From: a virus
DNA length: 40,757 nucleotides
Direction: 5' to 3' (one strand)
Virus record (IMG/VR): IMGVR_UViG_3300045988_038276
The translations under genes and the position numbers were made by a program. Of this stretch, positions 8,600 to 17,889 are shown piece after piece. The notes below the pieces were generated by a model. The model was not told the DNA's origin. It did no database searches and saw only the letters and a program-made list of their open reading frames with translations. How positions within the stretch are numbered: position 1 is the stretch's first letter; each line of letters begins with the position of its first letter.

Positions 8600-10108
8600 T
8601 TACGAAAGGTCAAAACCGAACAGCTTAAACTTACGCTTGAGCGTTGCCAGTTCGCTGTCGGTGAGGCCCGCCTGGCTGATTTCATTAAGAAGCTGTTCCA
8701 CGCTGGAATAGTTGCGCCCGTTCCAGGTGAAGATGCCCTCGTCCTGGTCCCAGTCCAGGCTCGTCTTTCCACCGCTGCCGCTGCCCTTGCCGCCCTGGTT
8801 CTTCATCCAGTCGGCGTAATACCCGGCCAGCTTTCCGGCCTGGGTGGTGTTGTACCCGGCGGACAGCAGCCAGGCGTATGCGTCGCCCTCGCTGCGGATG
8901 CCCGCCTTGTACATTCCTGCGTACACGTCCTCGCTGGCGCTTGAGCCGCCCCTCTTGCTTCCGCCGGAGCTGCCGCCTCTGGAGGACCCGCCGCCGGAGC
9001 GGGCGGATGCCTGCGCCTTGTTGTATGCGCTCTTGAGGCCCGCGATCTCCTGGTCCGTGTACCCCAGGGCCTTGTAGCCGGAGAAGTCGCCGCCCGCCGC
9101 GAGGGTCTGGGCCTTTGCCAGCGCCCGGTTGTACTCCGTCTCGTCCTTGTAGGTCTCCCGGTTGTAGGCGGTCTCGTCCTCGTAGCGCTTGTCCGCGATC
9201 TGGTCCCGGCCCACGGAATAGTTCCACTCGTTGTTGTAGCGCTCGTCGCTGATATTGTCCCGATGCACGCCGTAGTCGAAGCTCCGGTCCGTGTTGTACT
9301 GGGCCAGGAGGTCGGCGTACTTGGCGTAGTCCCCCTGCTCCAGGGCCACCAGCATTTCCAGGTTTGCCCTCTGGGTGTTGCCCTCGTCCTGGTACATGGA
9401 GTAGGCAAGCTGTTTCAGCTCCGGGATTTTATCGGCAAGCGCCCCCATGTAGTTGTCATAGGTCTGCTGCGCTGCGCTGCCCGCATAGCTGCTTGCAAGG
9501 CCGCCCGTGCGGGCGCTGACCTGCCCCAGGGTGTCCTGCATCGCCCGCTCGCCGCTGCGCGTGTAGCTCTCCTTGTACTGCTGATAGGTGGGGTCCTTCT
9601 CCGGGTCGTAGCTGAACGCCTCCCGGTTAAGGATTTGGCGGGTTAGGTCGTCGATCTGGTTCTGGTAGCGGCTGGTGTAGGTGGGGGCCGCCTCGTAGGA
9701 GAAACCGCCGCCTCCGTTTCCTCGTCCGCCGCCGCCCATCTCCAGGGGAATGTAGCGGCTGCCGTCGCTGTCGCCGGAATAGCCGTAGTTGCTGCGGATG
9801 CGCTCCACATAGTCGTGGGCGTCTGCCCAGGTCGTTTTGCCTGCCGCCGCTGCCGCCCGGACCTCCGCCGCGCTCCGCAGCTCGTCATTGGAAAAATGCT
9901 CCTGGTCATATACGCTGCCGCCGTAGCTGCCCCGGTCGCTGCCGCCGCCCACCGTGTCGGCGCTGGGCGCGGCGGCCTTGCCGGTCTTGCTTCCGGTCTT
10001 GATGGCGCTGGTGGCATAGCCGTTCTCGTTATAGCTGATGTTGTAGCCGCCCTTGGAGACGGTCTTGCCCGCCAGGTCTTTGTTCCTGGACATATCGGGT
10101 TTTGCCAT
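8600..10108 (-). CDS. Structural protein of unknown function, Gly/Ser/Tyr-rich, 502 aa
   Basis: ORF track. RBS AGAGGAGG precedes the ATG. It lies in the tail/virion module and carries repeated D-x-x-Y-N-R-like motifs. Confidence 0.6.
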   Translation of the reverse strand: MAKPDMSRNKDLAGKTVSKGGYNISYNENGYATSAIKTGSKTGKAAAPSADTVGGGSDRGSYGGSVYDQEHFSNDELRSAAEVRAAAAAGKTTWADAHDYVERIRSNYGYSGDSDGSRYIPLEMGGGGRGNGGGGFSYEAAPTYTSRYQNQIDDLTRQILNREAFSYDPEKDPTYQQYKESYTRSGERAMQDTLGQVSARTGGLASSYAGSAAQQTYDNYMGALADKIPELKQLAYSMYQDEGNTQRANLEMLVALEQGDYAKYADLLAQYNTDRSFDYGVHRDNISDERYNNEWNYSVGRDQIADKRYEDETAYNRETYKDETEYNRALAKAQTLAAGGDFSGYKALGYTDQEIAGLKSAYNKAQASARSGGGSSRGGSSGGSKRGGSSASEDVYAGMYKAGIRSEGDAYAWLLSAGYNTTQAGKLAGYYADWMKNQGGKGSGSGGKTSLDWDQDEGIFTWNGRNYSSVEQLLNEISQAGLTDSELATLKRKFKLFGFDLS

Positions 10109-10126
10109 GTCGGATTACCTCCTCTT

Positions 10127-10417
10127 TCAGTTGGTTTTCTGCTCCAGCGCCGTCACGCGGGCTGCCAGCTTGTTGTACTCGCTGCCCAGTGTGCTCACGC
10201 TCTGCTGCACCCCGGAGAGGGCGGTTTGCAGGCTGGAGACCTTGCTGTTCAGCCCCTCCACGCTGGTCTGTATGGCGGTCATGCTCTTTTGAAGCTGCCC
10301 CAGCATGAAGTCCAGATTTTCTTGCAGGTTCCTGGTGTAGTTGCACAGAGATTTTACGGTCCCGTTCACGTCGTTGCGGTCAAACGAAGGAGGGGAGCCG
10401 GGGAGGGTGGTTGCCAT
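10127..10417 (-). CDS. Small coiled-coil structural protein, 96 aa
   Basis: ORF track. RBS AAGGGGGTGA. Heptad-like sequence LQKSMTAIQTSVEGLNSKVSSLQTALSGVQQSVSTL. Confidence 0.55.
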   Translation of the reverse strand: MATTLPGSPPSFDRNDVNGTVKSLCNYTRNLQENLDFMLGQLQKSMTAIQTSVEGLNSKVSSLQTALSGVQQSVSTLGSEYNKLAARVTALEQKTN

Positions 10418-10431
10418 GCTCTGTCACCCCC

Positions 10432-12258
10432 TTAATATTCGCTGCCCAGGGCGAACTCCCGGATGATGCTCTTGACCAGGCATCCGCCCTTGCCGGACAG
10501 CCGGATGCGGAAGTTGTCGCACCGCACCGGCAGGATGGGGACTTGCAGGGTCTTGGCCCGCTCGTTGTGGGTGGAGAACACCTGTCGGAATGGCTTTCCG
10601 TCCGTGCTGATCTCCACCTTGAGCCAGGCCCCGGCCTCCAGGTCCGCCCGCAGGTACAGCTTGGAATAGCACTTGCGCCCGTGGCTCGTCTCGTCCATCT
10701 GGCACAGCGTTGCGCTCCAGTTCACCAGGCCCTCCTCGGAGTAGTCCTGCCCGGTGGTCATCAGCTTGCCCGTGGCCCCGTCCAGGAAGTAGAGCGTCCC
10801 GTCCAGATAGGCCCAGTCCAGCGCGTGGGTCGCGTCCTCCCGCAGCCAGATGGCCCGCAGCGTATCAAAGACGTACAGCTCCCAGTCGCCCTTCTCCGTC
10901 CGCATGGAGATGTAGTAGCGCTCGCCGTCCGTGCCGCCCACCGCGTCGAAGAAGCGCCGGGTCCCGAAGTTCTCCGTCAGCAGCTCCGGGGTCCCGCCGG
11001 AGTAGGCGTACACGCCGTTGCGGCCCTTGTAGAACAGCGTCTCGTTGATGACGGCCAGGGACTTCTCGCTGCCCTTCTGGATGCCGGGCACCGTGTAGGT
11101 GTAGATTTCATACTGCGCCGGATAGCTGCCCAGGACCTTGTGCAGGCAATTCTCTTTCCAGAACAGCACCGTGCTGGAGTAGGCGATGCACCCGGTGAAC
11201 TCGCCCTCCGTGCCCACGGCCACGGCGTAGCTGTCCGTGGACACCCCGTCGTAGACGTAGAAGTTGGTCGGGTCGCCCAGGGCGCTGGCGTAGATGGTCT
11301 TGCCCTCCGCGCCCCAGATGCGGTTATCGCACTCGCAGATGCACGTCAGGTCCGGCACCTTCCGCTCCAGCATCACCGTCCCGGCCTCCACGCCGGTCTT
11401 GGTGAAGATGCCCTTGGTGAAGGTCAGCTTCCGCGCCTCCAGGGAGCGGATGATGTGGCTGCCATTGTTCGCGGCGCAGGTCGTACAGCCGGAGATTTCG
11501 ATTGCGTCTCCGGCCTTGAAAAGCTCGTCGAAGCCTGGGTATTTGTGCAGCGCCGCCGTGTGCAGCAGATAGGTGATCTGGTAGGTCCCGTCGCTCTGCT
11601 TTGCGCTGCTCTGTACCACCATGTACTCCTTGGAGCTGTCGCAGTCGTATTGAATGTAATCGCCCGCCTTGAGCTTGTCCGGGGTCCCTGCGGTCCCGCC
11701 GCTCATAGTCAGCGCTCCCGTGGTCTTGTTCACGCTGGCCCCGGTGTAGGCGGTGATGGATGTGTCGGCGGCCACGCTGCCCTTGGTCTCTGCGTTTTCC
11801 GCCGCCTGGTCGATGTAGCTCTGCTCCGGCACGGTCAGGGTGTTGGTCGTGAAGGTCACGTCGCCGGGGAAGCCGGGGTATTCCGCAGCCAGCATCCCAA
11901 ACTTCTCCGCCTCCGTGTCGTAGTAGACCTTATCGGGGAAAATGACGATTTTGGTGTTGATGGTGGCAAACTGCTTTTCGCCCGCAGTCACATGGCCCAC
12001 CACCTTGCCGTCATAGAGAAAGTCGGTCCCGTCCACCACGCACAGCTTCCCCCGTGCGTACAGCCCCGTGGGGCTGGTGTAGGTCCCGGCGGTCTTGCGC
12101 CCGTCCCGCTGACTGAGGCACGGGAAGCGGGCGGAGGAGAGGCCCCAACTCTCTGCCAGTTCGCCGTCTCCGGCTCCCTGGCCGTAGTTCAGCCCGGCAA
12201 AGGCGATGATTTGCTTGCGGTTCTTGCCGGTCGCCGCCGTCATGTATGGCAGGTTCAT
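10432..12258 (-). CDS. Large tail/baseplate-like structural protein, 608 aa
   Basis: ORF track. RBS AGGAGGAGGGG. Position in the structural module. No recognisable enzymatic motif. Confidence 0.6.
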   Translation of the reverse strand: MNLPYMTAATGKNRKQIIAFAGLNYGQGAGDGELAESWGLSSARFPCLSQRDGRKTAGTYTSPTGLYARGKLCVVDGTDFLYDGKVVGHVTAGEKQFATINTKIVIFPDKVYYDTEAEKFGMLAAEYPGFPGDVTFTTNTLTVPEQSYIDQAAENAETKGSVAADTSITAYTGASVNKTTGALTMSGGTAGTPDKLKAGDYIQYDCDSSKEYMVVQSSAKQSDGTYQITYLLHTAALHKYPGFDELFKAGDAIEISGCTTCAANNGSHIIRSLEARKLTFTKGIFTKTGVEAGTVMLERKVPDLTCICECDNRIWGAEGKTIYASALGDPTNFYVYDGVSTDSYAVAVGTEGEFTGCIAYSSTVLFWKENCLHKVLGSYPAQYEIYTYTVPGIQKGSEKSLAVINETLFYKGRNGVYAYSGGTPELLTENFGTRRFFDAVGGTDGERYYISMRTEKGDWELYVFDTLRAIWLREDATHALDWAYLDGTLYFLDGATGKLMTTGQDYSEEGLVNWSATLCQMDETSHGRKCYSKLYLRADLEAGAWLKVEISTDGKPFRQVFSTHNERAKTLQVPILPVRCDNFRIRLSGKGGCLVKSIIREFALGSEY

Positions 12259-12271
12259 CTCGCCCCTCCTC

Positions 12272-12760
12272 CTAAAATAGCCCCGTCAGACCCCCGCCGC
12301 CGATGGGCAGGTGCCTGCGGTGATACTGTTTCCGCCATTCGTCCAGCGCTGCGTTGTACGCCAGGGCGGAGTTGTTGTAGTTGTCGGCCTCCCGGTTGTA
12401 GAAGTCCACCTTGCTCATAAGGTACAGGTCGTACAGCCCGTCGTAGGGGGCCTCCACCAGCAAGGGCTTGTCCCCGTCCTCCGGGAACGCCTTGGGAAAG
12501 TCCGGCAGGTCGGTCCAGCCGCACGCCGGACACAGGTTGCTGTCCATCACCCGGTCATAGGTGATTTCCGTCCCGCCGCAGGTGGGACAGACGGCGACGG
12601 GTCCCTTGGCCCCGCGCCCGCTCGTGAGCTGGTGCCGCAGGATGGTCTCCCGGTAGAGCTGTCCGTCCAGCTCCAGCAGCCACGCCGCCTTGGTCTCGTC
12701 GTCGATGGCGTCCGGCCTCGCCCGGTTCACCCGTTCGATAACTTCATTGATGCTCGGCAT
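12272..12760 (-). CDS. Structural-module protein with a CxxC...CxxC zinc-ribbon insert, about 162 aa
   Basis: The track ORF is 12272-12778. The start MPSINE at 12760 follows GAGAGGAGG. Motifs CPTCGG and CPACG are present. Confidence 0.55.
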   Translation of the reverse strand: MPSINEVIERVNRARPDAIDDETKAAWLLELDGQLYRETILRHQLTSGRGAKGPVAVCPTCGGTEITYDRVMDSNLCPACGWTDLPDFPKAFPEDGDKPLLVEAPYDGLYDLYLMSKVDFYNREADNYNNSALAYNAALDEWRKQYHRRHLPIGGGGLTGLF

Positions 12761-12829
12761 ACCGCCGCCTCCTCTCATAGAATTTGCCGGGCAGCGGCAC
12801 GCCGCCGCCCGGCTTTCTGGGTGCTTCTC

Positions 12830-13531
12830 TTACACCGCGCGGACCCACAGGCCGTTGTTCTTCACATACAGCCCGCCGTCGTTGCCCGGCACGCTCTCAA
12901 CCGTGTAGCATCCATCGCTGTCTGTGCTGTCAGATACAACGATAGAAGATTTAAGATTAAAAGCGGGGCGCGGCGCGAAGTTGGCGTAGTACACGCGGTC
13001 GCGGCTCACGGTGCCGTCGGTGTAGATGCTGCACGCGTTGCTGTCATTCGAGTACGGGGAGCGCAGGCCCCAGCCGACGGCGGTCGCCGTCTCGTCCAGA
13101 TAGGCGATGCGCTTTGCGTTGTCGGAGAAATAGCTGAACGCCTTGCCCTCCGTCTGCCAGCCGCTCACGCCCGCCTCCGTGCAGGAGAGGGCAAAGCCCT
13201 TGCGGTAGATCGTGTGCAGCGTCGCCACCTGGTTGCCCTCCGCCACCACAATGGGGACGGGGACCAGGCACTCCCGGATTTTCTCGTCCAGTTTCAGCGG
13301 CCAGATGCCGTCACAGAAGTTGTCCAGCAGGCAGCCGATATATCGGTTCTTGTAGCTGCTGTCGTAGCTGGCCTCCCATTGGCGCTCATTAAAGGTGTCC
13401 TTGCGGATAAGGGTCACGCCCGTGCCGGTGCCGTAGTGGTCATTGTCCAGCTTGATGAACTTGGTGGGCTTGCTGTTTTCCGCCAGCTTCACCAGGCTGC
13501 CGTTTGCCAGATTGGAAAGTAACTGTCCCAT
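12830..13531 (-). CDS. DGR target protein 1 (likely receptor-binding protein), variable region near the C-terminus
   Basis: ORF track. RBS AAAGGAGAA. The C-terminal sequence GWGLRSPYSNDSNACSIYTDGTVSRDRVYYANFAPRPA is encoded by VR1. Confidence 0.85.
   Translation of the reverse strand: MGQLLSNLANGSLVKLAENSKPTKFIKLDNDHYGTGTGVTLIRKDTFNERQWEASYDSSYKNRYIGCLLDNFCDGIWPLKLDEKIRECLVPVPIVVAEGNQVATLHTIYRKGFALSCTEAGVSGWQTEGKAFSYFSDNAKRIAYLDETATAVGWGLRSPYSNDSNACSIYTDGTVSRDRVYYANFAPRPAFNLKSSIVVSDSTDSDGCYTVESVPGNDGGLYVKNNGLWVRAV
12962..13082 (-). repeat. DGR variable region VR1
   Basis: A 121-nt alignment to the TR (14925-15045) has 14 mismatches. Every one is at a T of the TR on the given strand, which is an A on the coding strand. 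Confidence 0.9.
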
Positions 13532-14696
13532 ATCGTTTTGTTCTCCTTTCGTCAGGTCCGGGCCGGGCAGCGGGGATGCCCGCCGCCCGCCTGGCCTCGT
13601 CTGCGCGGTCCAGAGCCATCAACAACCTGGACCGCATTTCTCTGCGGAGCTGCTTTGTGTCGCCGTGTTTGGCGTGTGCCTCCCAGGCGGTAAAGCTCTC
13701 CATGATTTTCTCCCGCGACACCTCGCCCGCCGCGTACTGCTTCTCCCACAGCCGGATGCGTCGTTTCATCCGCTTGATGGAGGAGTAGCGCAGCTTGCTG
13801 ACCACCTGGCCCGTCCGGGTCAGATAGGTGTGGAAGCCGCAGAAGTCGATGCCGTTTTGCAAGGGGAAGATGTTGGTCTTGTCGTTCAGCTCCAGGCCCA
13901 GCTTGGCAAATTCAAGCCTTGCAAGGCGCAGAGCCTCAACCGCTGTCGCCTTATCCGGGCAGATCACATACCAGTCGTCCATATACATCCCTGCCAGCGG
14001 CAGGTGCAGCTTCTCACCCACATAGTGCATGAAGGAGCTGACGTAGAACACCGCGTAGATGTGGCTCGTCTGGTGTCCCAGGGCCAGGCCCTCGTCCACG
14101 GCGTCGATGTATCGCCACATCAGCGCCCGGATGTCCGGGTCGGGAAACCGGGGTTCCAGCGCGGCCTTGAGCCGCCGGTGGTCGATGCTCTGGAAGAAGT
14201 GGCGGATGTCGCCCTTGATGACCCAGCCCTCGGCGTAGTCCCATTCCTCCATGGGCCGGTGGGGCAGACCGGCGGCCTTGCGTGCTGCCTCGTCCGCGCC
14301 CTTCCGCCGCAGGAAATAGGTCCTCATGTGCTGTTTCAGCATCTCCAGCCCGTAATGGGTCCCCTTGCCGTACTGGGCCGCGTAGGTGTTCAGCGTGAAG
14401 CTCCGGGCCAGCTCGTCGTAGACGATGTAATCCGTGAGCGCGTGCTGCACCACCTTGTCCCGGAACGTCGGGGCCTGGATAAGCCGCTTCTTGGGTTCGT
14501 AGATATAGAACGCGTCCAGCGGGTCCGGCTGGTGCGTCCCTTGCAAAAGCGATTTTGAGAGTATCAGCAGCTCCTCGATTGCGCTGTACTCAAAGGGTGC
14601 CGTACTCTTTTTGCCCCTCTTGCACCGTCTGGCCCGGTGGTAGGCCGTCCATAGGGTGTCAAAGGAGCACAGTTCCTGATAGGTCATATCACACAT
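13440..14696 (-). CDS. DGR-type reverse transcriptase
   Basis: YMDD catalytic motif. LGHQTSH occupies the position of the DGR [IVL]GxxxSQ motif. It sits next to the TR and Avd. The likely start is MTYQEL at 14687. The 3' end overlaps the target-1 start by 92 nt. Confidence 0.9.
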   Translation of the reverse strand: MCDMTYQELCSFDTLWTAYHRARRCKRGKKSTAPFEYSAIEELLILSKSLLQGTHQPDPLDAFYIYEPKKRLIQAPTFRDKVVQHALTDYIVYDELARSFTLNTYAAQYGKGTHYGLEMLKQHMRTYFLRRKGADEAARKAAGLPHRPMEEWDYAEGWVIKGDIRHFFQSIDHRRLKAALEPRFPDPDIRALMWRYIDAVDEGLALGHQTSHIYAVFYVSSFMHYVGEKLHLPLAGMYMDDWYVICPDKATAVEALRLARLEFAKLGLELNDKTNIFPLQNGIDFCGFHTYLTRTGQVVSKLRYSSIKRMKRRIRLWEKQYAAGEVSREKIMESFTAWEAHAKHGDTKQLRREMRSRLLMALDRADEARRAAGIPAARPGPDERRTKRYGTVTFQSGKRQPGEAGGKQQAHQVHQAGQ

Positions 14697-14924
14697 CCTT
14701 GCTTGGTTTTCGGATGGTGGAGCGCAGGTCCGGCATCGCTGATAGCGGCCAGTATCTCCCTCCGCCGGAGGTGTCCGGGGCTTTCCCCGGTAGCGAGCCT
14801 GGCAGCGTCGGTGCCATGTGTTTATCCCCCGTGTTCATGTCCACGGACGACGGGATATAGCCTCCTTTGATGATGGGCCTCTGCTTTCGCCGCAAGGGCT
14901 ACTTGTACGCGGTAATTCCATCAG

Positions 14925-15045
14925 AGCGGGGCGCGGCGCGAAGTTGGCGTTGTACACGTTGTTGTTGTTCACGGTGCCGTCGGTGTTGATGTTGTACGCG
15001 TTGTTGTCATTCGAGTTCGGGGAGCGCAGGCCCCAGTTGACGGCG
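14925..15045 (-). repeat. DGR template repeat (TR)
   Basis: The coding-strand sense reads AVNWGLRSPNSNDNNAYNINTDGTVNNNNVYNANFAPRPA, with 12 AAC codons. It matches VR1 and VR2 except at adenines. About 230 nt of non-coding spacer separate it from the RT. Confidence 0.9.
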
Positions 15046-15074
15046 CGAACAGGCTATACCCCAATGAAAGGCAG

Positions 15075-15497
15075 CTATCGCCGCCGAACATCCTCTCTCG
15101 CCTGGGCAGCGCGGCTCCGGTCCTTCTCGTACCAGGCGGCGCACATATAGCGCACCGTCATCACCGCCTTGCTCCAGGTCGCGGCCTTTTGGCCGCTCAC
15201 GCCGGGGTATTGCTTGCTTTCTGCCATCCGCAGTATCTTCCGCTCCAGCTTCTTGCACGCGCAAAGGGCCTCCCGCTGCATCGCCAGCCGCTCCGCCGGT
15301 CTCTCCCGCAGGTCAATGAGGTTTGCGCCCTCAATGCACGAGCAGATGGTCTCTGCACCGTTCATCAGGGCCGTTCCGGTGGTGTAGCGGTATTTCTTGG
15401 GGATGACCTTCTCATTGGCGCAGGCGTCTGCCCTGTAAAGCCACATATCAGCCGCCTTGTTGCCCAGCTTGAAGTCATCGGTCTGTCTGTCAGTCAT
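15075..15497 (-). CDS. avd: Accessory variability determinant (Avd), four-helix-bundle family
   Basis: It lies immediately upstream of the TR. The PKKYRYTTG motif resembles Avd and 23S-rRNA-IVS four-helix-bundle proteins. The start MTDRQ at 15497 overlaps the upstream stop (ATGACTGA). Confidence 0.75.
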   Translation of the reverse strand: MTDRQTDDFKLGNKAADMWLYRADACANEKVIPKKYRYTTGTALMNGAETICSCIEGANLIDLRERPAERLAMQREALCACKKLERKILRMAESKQYPGVSGQKAATWSKAVMTVRYMCAAWYEKDRSRAAQAREDVRRR

Positions 15498-15723
15498 CGG
15501 GGCACCCTCGCTTTCGTGCTGCATCCAGCAGCTCGTCGCAGCCCTCTGCCTCCATCACCAGGTCCGGCCCCAGCCGGATGGTCACGGTCGCGCCGGTAGG
15601 GGAGCGCCCAGTCAGCACCAGACTGTCCTCCCGGCATATCCGGCATGGCTGCTCCAGCTCTGCCAGGAGGTTGGAGATCAGACAGGAAGCCTCCGCCCAG
15701 TCCTTACACGCTGCCCGCCGCAT
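15490..15723 (-). CDS. Hypothetical 77-aa protein translationally coupled to avd
   Basis: Track ORF 15490-15750. An internal Met is preferred as the start. The stop overlaps the avd ATG. Confidence 0.4.
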   Translation of the reverse strand: MRRAACKDWAEASCLISNLLAELEQPCRICREDSLVLTGRSPTGATVTIRLGPDLVMEAEGCDELLDAARKRGCPDD

Positions 15724-16159
15724 CCATGGCCTCCACGGGAGCTTCGTCAACCACGGCCTTGTCCGCGTTGTTGGCCTCCAGGGTCATCTTGAGGGTGGTA
15801 AGCTGTTCGTTGAGGCGTGCAAGGGCGCTCTGGGCGCTTTCCTTCTCGCTCTTCTCGTGGGACAGCTTGGCCTCCAGCTCCGCCACCTGGGCCGTCAGGG
15901 CGGCCACGTCGCTGTCCTCGCTGGTGCGGGTCAGTTTCAGCCCGTGGGAGACCACGCGGAAGGGGCCGGTGTAGGTCGCCGTGGTGCTGCCGTCCTCGGC
16001 CAGCACCTCAATGGGACCGGCGCAGAACGCGGCCAGAGCCTCGTCGCTGATGCCGCCGGGCAGCTCTGCCACCACGGCCTGGCGGGGGACCCCGCCGATG
16101 TTCTCCGTCACCACCGTGAAGCCCTTGTCGCTGACGGTGTGATTGCCTGCTTTAATCAT
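15704..16159 (-). CDS. Structural protein with a C-terminal coiled coil, 151 aa
   Basis: ORF track. RBS AGAGGAGGA. Confidence 0.55.
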   Translation of the reverse strand: MIKAGNHTVSDKGFTVVTENIGGVPRQAVVAELPGGISDEALAAFCAGPIEVLAEDGSTTATYTGPFRVVSHGLKLTRTSEDSDVAALTAQVAELEAKLSHEKSEKESAQSALARLNEQLTTLKMTLEANNADKAVVDEAPVEAMDAAGSV

Positions 16160-16174
16160 GTTCGTGTCCTCCTC

Positions 16175-16735
16175 TTATCCGATATTGATGTAAACGTCGC
16201 CGTTGGCCCCCAGGCTGGAGGCGGGAGCGCCGTTGCCGAAGTAGATGTTGCGGAAGCCCTTGGTGCTGCCGCTGGTGGGCGACACGCCGGACACGCCGCC
16301 GGTGAACGCGCCGCCCGTCTTGGGCATTTTCTGGTCTGCATAGGCAAAAATGTCCTGGGCTTTGCCCTTGGGGTCATAGACCGCCTTGGTCATGTCGCCG
16401 GGGTTTACAGCGTCCGCGCCCTTGGGGATGCCGAAGTCGAAGATGGGGGCAGCGTCCGGGCTTCCGGCCCGCCGCTTCACCGTGGCCGCACTTCCGGCGG
16501 CCAGCGTGGTGGTCGTCCCCACCTGGATGTTAGGGGTAGAGCCGTCAGCACCGGCGGGTCCCTGTGCGCCGGTCGCGCCGGTCGCGCCCTTGGCCCCGGT
16601 CTCACCCTGGGGTCCCTGGATGCCCTGCTCTCCCTTCGGGCCTTGAGCGCCGGTCGCACCCTGCGGGCCTCTTGCGCCCTGCACGCCCTGGGGTCCCTGC
16701 GGACCCACAACCTTGCCCAGATCAATGGTAGGCAT
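16175..16735 (-). CDS. Collagen-like (G-X-Y repeat) fibre protein, 186 aa
   Basis: About 18 uninterrupted GXY triplets ([28 protein letters not shown]...). RBS GGAAGGAGGAA. Confidence 0.75.
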   Translation of the reverse strand: MPTIDLGKVVGPQGPQGVQGARGPQGATGAQGPKGEQGIQGPQGETGAKGATGATGAQGPAGADGSTPNIQVGTTTTLAAGSAATVKRRAGSPDAAPIFDFGIPKGADAVNPGDMTKAVYDPKGKAQDIFAYADQKMPKTGGAFTGGVSGVSPTSGSTKGFRNIYFGNGAPASSLGANGDVYINIG

Positions 16736-16753
16736 AGATGGTTCCTCCTTCCG

Positions 16754-17770
16754 TCAGATGTTTAGGCATAGATGCCCTGCATCGTTGATGTAATAGTCCG
16801 GGGCCTCGTTGCCGGTGTAGGTACACAGCAGATGCCCCTCGTCCGTCACGCTGAAATTGACCATGCCAGCCGTCTGCACGGCCACGCCGTCGATGCCGCG
16901 CGGTCCTTGCGGCCCCTGCACGCCCTGGGGTCCTTCCGGTCCCGTGGGTCCAACCGGGCCAGCAGCGCCTTGAACGCCCTGGGGTCCCTGGATGCCTTGG
17001 ATGCCCTGGACGCCGCGCTCGCCGGTCAGTCCGCGCTCGCCCTGGATGCCCTGCTTGCCGGTCTTGCCCTGGGGTCCCTCTGCGCCCTGTTCTCCCTGGT
17101 CGCCCTTGGAGGCGATAAGCAGCCAGTGGGCACCCTCCACGCCTCCGGCCACGTCCAGCTCCGGGGCCACGCCCTTGCACGCTGCCTTGCAGATGTAGGA
17201 GCTGCCCAGCCTGCTCACCTTCTGGAGGGGCAGATAGGTCTTTGCGCTGTCATAGGCTTCCCACACCTTCACGGCCTCCTCGGCCTGTTCCAGCGCCTCG
17301 ATGGCGTTTCCCACCAGGGTGCTCACCTGGGGTACAATGCCGTCGATCTGGGTCTGGAGCTGCTGCGCCTGGGTGGGCGTCGGCTCTTTCGGCGTGGTGT
17401 AGGCGTCGTTCGGCTTCACCAGCAGATGGTCCGTCACCGTGATGGCAACGGCGGTGGGGTCGCTCTCCCGGAAGCCCTCAATGGTAAAGCTGCACCAGCC
17501 CTCCAGGGCCAGCGGCTCCGCCGGAATGGCCGTGTCGAAGGTCAGCGGGTCCTTCTTTGCCACCAGGTCCTCCACGCTGTTGTACAGCAGCACCGCCACG
17601 GGGCTTTCGCCCAGGGCGTTGCGCCAGATGATGCGCTTGGAGAACGCCTCCCAGTCATCGCTCATAACGATGTGCAGTCCGGTCACATTGGCCTCGCCCT
17701 GCACGCCCGCGTTCTTGCTGTCCTTGCGGACAAATTCGCCGGTCACGGTCACATTGATGGTCCTGTCCAT
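16754..17770 (-). CDS. Tail fibre/baseplate-upper-like protein with a collagen-like repeat, 338 aa
   Basis: GXY run GDQGEQGAEGPQGKTGKQGIQGERGLTGERG... The N-terminus resembles BppU-type fibre anchors (weak). RBS AAAGGAGG. Confidence 0.65.
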   Translation of the reverse strand: MDRTINVTVTGEFVRKDSKNAGVQGEANVTGLHIVMSDDWEAFSKRIIWRNALGESPVAVLLYNSVEDLVAKKDPLTFDTAIPAEPLALEGWCSFTIEGFRESDPTAVAITVTDHLLVKPNDAYTTPKEPTPTQAQQLQTQIDGIVPQVSTLVGNAIEALEQAEEAVKVWEAYDSAKTYLPLQKVSRLGSSYICKAACKGVAPELDVAGGVEGAHWLLIASKGDQGEQGAEGPQGKTGKQGIQGERGLTGERGVQGIQGIQGPQGVQGAAGPVGPTGPEGPQGVQGPQGPRGIDGVAVQTAGMVNFSVTDEGHLLCTYTGNEAPDYYINDAGHLCLNI

Positions 17771-17795
17771 AGGGGGTCTACCTCCTTTCTGTATG

Positions 17796-17847
17796 ATAAA
17801 AGGCGCGGCGGGGCGGAAGGGTCGGTCCCTCCATACCTCGCCGCGCC
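17796..17847 (-). terminator. Intrinsic terminator after the capsid genes
   Basis: The GC stem GGCGCGGCG...CGCCGCGCC is followed by TTTTAT on the minus strand. Confidence 0.6.
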
Positions 17848-17889
17848 GTGTCGCAGCCGCTTTTAGGGTCTCGCGGTGTGCCTGTTCAG

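Noticed and set aside
8017-8772. 251-aa minus ORF spanning the junction of the 502-aa gene and the giant ORF
   Set aside because: It is out of frame with both real genes, Arg/Gly/Pro-rich, and has no RBS.
14689-14895. 68-aa minus-strand ORF between the TR and the RT
   Set aside because: It falls in the TR-RT spacer, which in DGRs is part of the non-coding template RNA. It has no RBS and an implausible Pro/Gly/Ser-rich sequence.
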